From the NCBI GenBank assembly GCA_040954595.2, contig CM082576.2, forward strand, positions 15,048,928-15,112,927: a stretch of 64,000 nt of DNA, given 5' to 3'. Origin of the DNA: Balanoglossus misakiensis. Taxonomy: Eukaryota; Animalia; Hemichordata. Shown here one piece after another: positions 62,120 through 64,000 of this stretch. Under the pieces are notes generated by a model. It was not told the DNA's origin. It made no database searches and saw nothing but the letters and a program-made list of their open reading frames with translations. Made by a program: the position numbers and the translations under genes. Within the stretch, counting starts at the first letter, position 1. The number at the start of each line of letters is the position of its first letter.

Positions 62120-63960
62120 GCTATTTTGAAGTGCTGCTAAGAGGAATTACAATAAGAGAGTACATTGTCTTTAAATGTCAACAAGTGCAAATATAGGACG
62201 CTCATTTTCTGTAGTGATGGTTAAAAGAGACTGTATTTCTGGAGGAATTTATTACATGAATTATAAACAGAATATATATCCGTTATTGTGGGTTCCACTC
62301 AGGGTAGAAGTGTGAAAAGAGCAGCAGTGTTTTGATATGATGATGCACTGCCGTCTATATTATATGAGCTGATTTAATTTTGAAATTACAGCTGATCAGA
62401 TGTTTTACCAACACGATTGTCATTGTATGTGGAATAATTCTGACAGACACAGAGCCAGTTGATAGATCCATAATCAGAATTTACACTTAATGAAAAAAGT
62501 AAGCAAATTATTCATTAAATTTGAAAGTTTTGTAAAATAAATGTACATGAACCAAATGTGCTCCTAGAAGAGGTCAATTATTTTTATAGGATGATTCAGT
62601 TATTTTGAAAGTAAATCGTGGTTTATGTGATGGTCAGCTAGTCTGATCTTCTCAGAAATAGACTGACTGCAATTTAATTGGGGCGTTGGTTTAATACAGG
62701 AGATTGATGAAGTTCAACATGGTCCTCCCAAACCCCTGAAAAATATGATATGAAGTGATGTTCTGAGTTCCATGATCCAGGATGGCATCAACAGAGGTTA
62801 TATGTCCCCCTATTAATGATACAGATGTGTCTCTGTCATTAGACTAGTTTGTTGAAAGATGGGTTTCTTTGGAGGTCGTTTTCATCTATGTGACTATCAT
62901 CTTGGTTACTTTTGCATTTTTGTGCATACCAGTGTTAAGGGCACATTTGAAACAAATAAATAAAGACACATATGTATGGATTGGTTGCGCGGGGTTTGGT
63001 TTGGATGAAATGGGAGGGTAGGGTTTCATATTTTCCTTTTGACCAAGAAAATGATACGCACAATATATTATTGCCATGGCAGTGAAGTTTATCTGACCAG
63101 GGTTGGAGTGGGAGTCAGGGGATTGGTGAATTGTTTTCTTATGAGAATACAGGGGGAAGAGGGGGGGGGGGGGTTGTTAGAGGATGGTTGACCAGTGTTT
63201 TTGAGGGAGGGAGCCTGTAACTTTTTGACATGCACCAAAGCAAATCTAGTGGCTGTGAAAAAGTCATTTTTTTCTATTGGACAGATTAATTTATGACACA
63301 GTTTGTATTTTCTAGAAGCTAACATTGATTTTGTTATCTTTCTGCAGAGTGTGACATGTCAATGCAAATGTACTTTCTGAAGTATTTTCCAATGTATGTT
63401 ATCAGTCATGTGTAGCCATCATATGAGGGCGCACTTCATGTCAGTCACTTTGAAATATCAAAATAAAGACCACCTGTAGACTGTTCCATTGTAAAGCAGC
63501 TGCTGTTTATATTCACTGTCATCAGATCAGTGTAAATACTGTGGTTTGCTGAGAAAACTTTTTAAAATTCATGTACCTGTTTTATCCGTTTGAAGATTCT
63601 CTGTTTGTTTTCATGTCAAAATCGCATTTTTGTCACCTCCATCTTGGCATGTAGCTAGTGTAAGATTATTTATTCCCCCGCTTTGAAAATTTGAAAGACT
63701 TGTTTCTGTTTATTGAATTTTAATAAATTGTGTTGCCACCCTTTATTGTATTGGGATTTCATTTTGTATTTATAAGTTATTATAATTTTGTTTTTGGAAC
63801 AGTAGTTTGATCCACATATAACAGCCTCAGGTTTGCTAATGCCGACCATTCAGGTCTCTCTTCGTGTATTTCATGGAAGATGTAGAAATTGGTCTTATAA
63901 TACTGAAATAAACTTGTATTCGGTAGAAGACTCTATATTTCTTTGCAGCACCATTCATAT
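62120..63960 (+). repeat. Direct repeat copy B of the ENTPD5/6 3' UTR, with no ENTPD coding sequence
   Basis: Collinear with 51331-53086; retains AATAAA at ~63722. Confidence 0.95.
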
Positions 63961-64000
63961 AGGACTTTGGCACCACCTGGCCCCATGTTTTTGCATTGCT

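Overview
AT-rich, intron-containing eukaryotic (animal) genomic DNA, most likely a marine invertebrate; a deuterostome origin is inferred only from protein similarity and gene order. I read the gene models by hand from splice signals and reading frames, so boundaries may be off by a few bases. The window holds a compact housekeeping cluster: last exon of TBP (+), ATG14 (+, 11 coding exons), BAZ1A/ACF1 (-, about 24 exons), NUDT22 (-), intronless METTL18 (+), RSPH9 (-), MRPS18A (-) and an ENTPD5/6 apyrase (+). A rearranged region follows (about 51.3-64 kb). There a ~1.8 kb copy of the ENTPD 3' UTR occurs twice as a direct repeat. The two copies bracket a nest of non-autonomous DNA transposons and a C2H2 zinc-finger gene. 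That gene has 22 minisatellite-like 84-bp fingers whose variation concentrates in the recognition helix (PRDM9-like behaviour), but no KRAB or PR/SET domain is visible. Other notable points: a tandemly duplicated, intact alternative last exon of NUDT22; a uORF ending in a TGATG stop-start overlap at METTL18; a GC-AG intron in MRPS18A; and TBP-ATG14 and RSPH9-MRPS18A adjacency matching human gene order. No tRNA, rRNA, CRISPR array or autonomous transposase was found.
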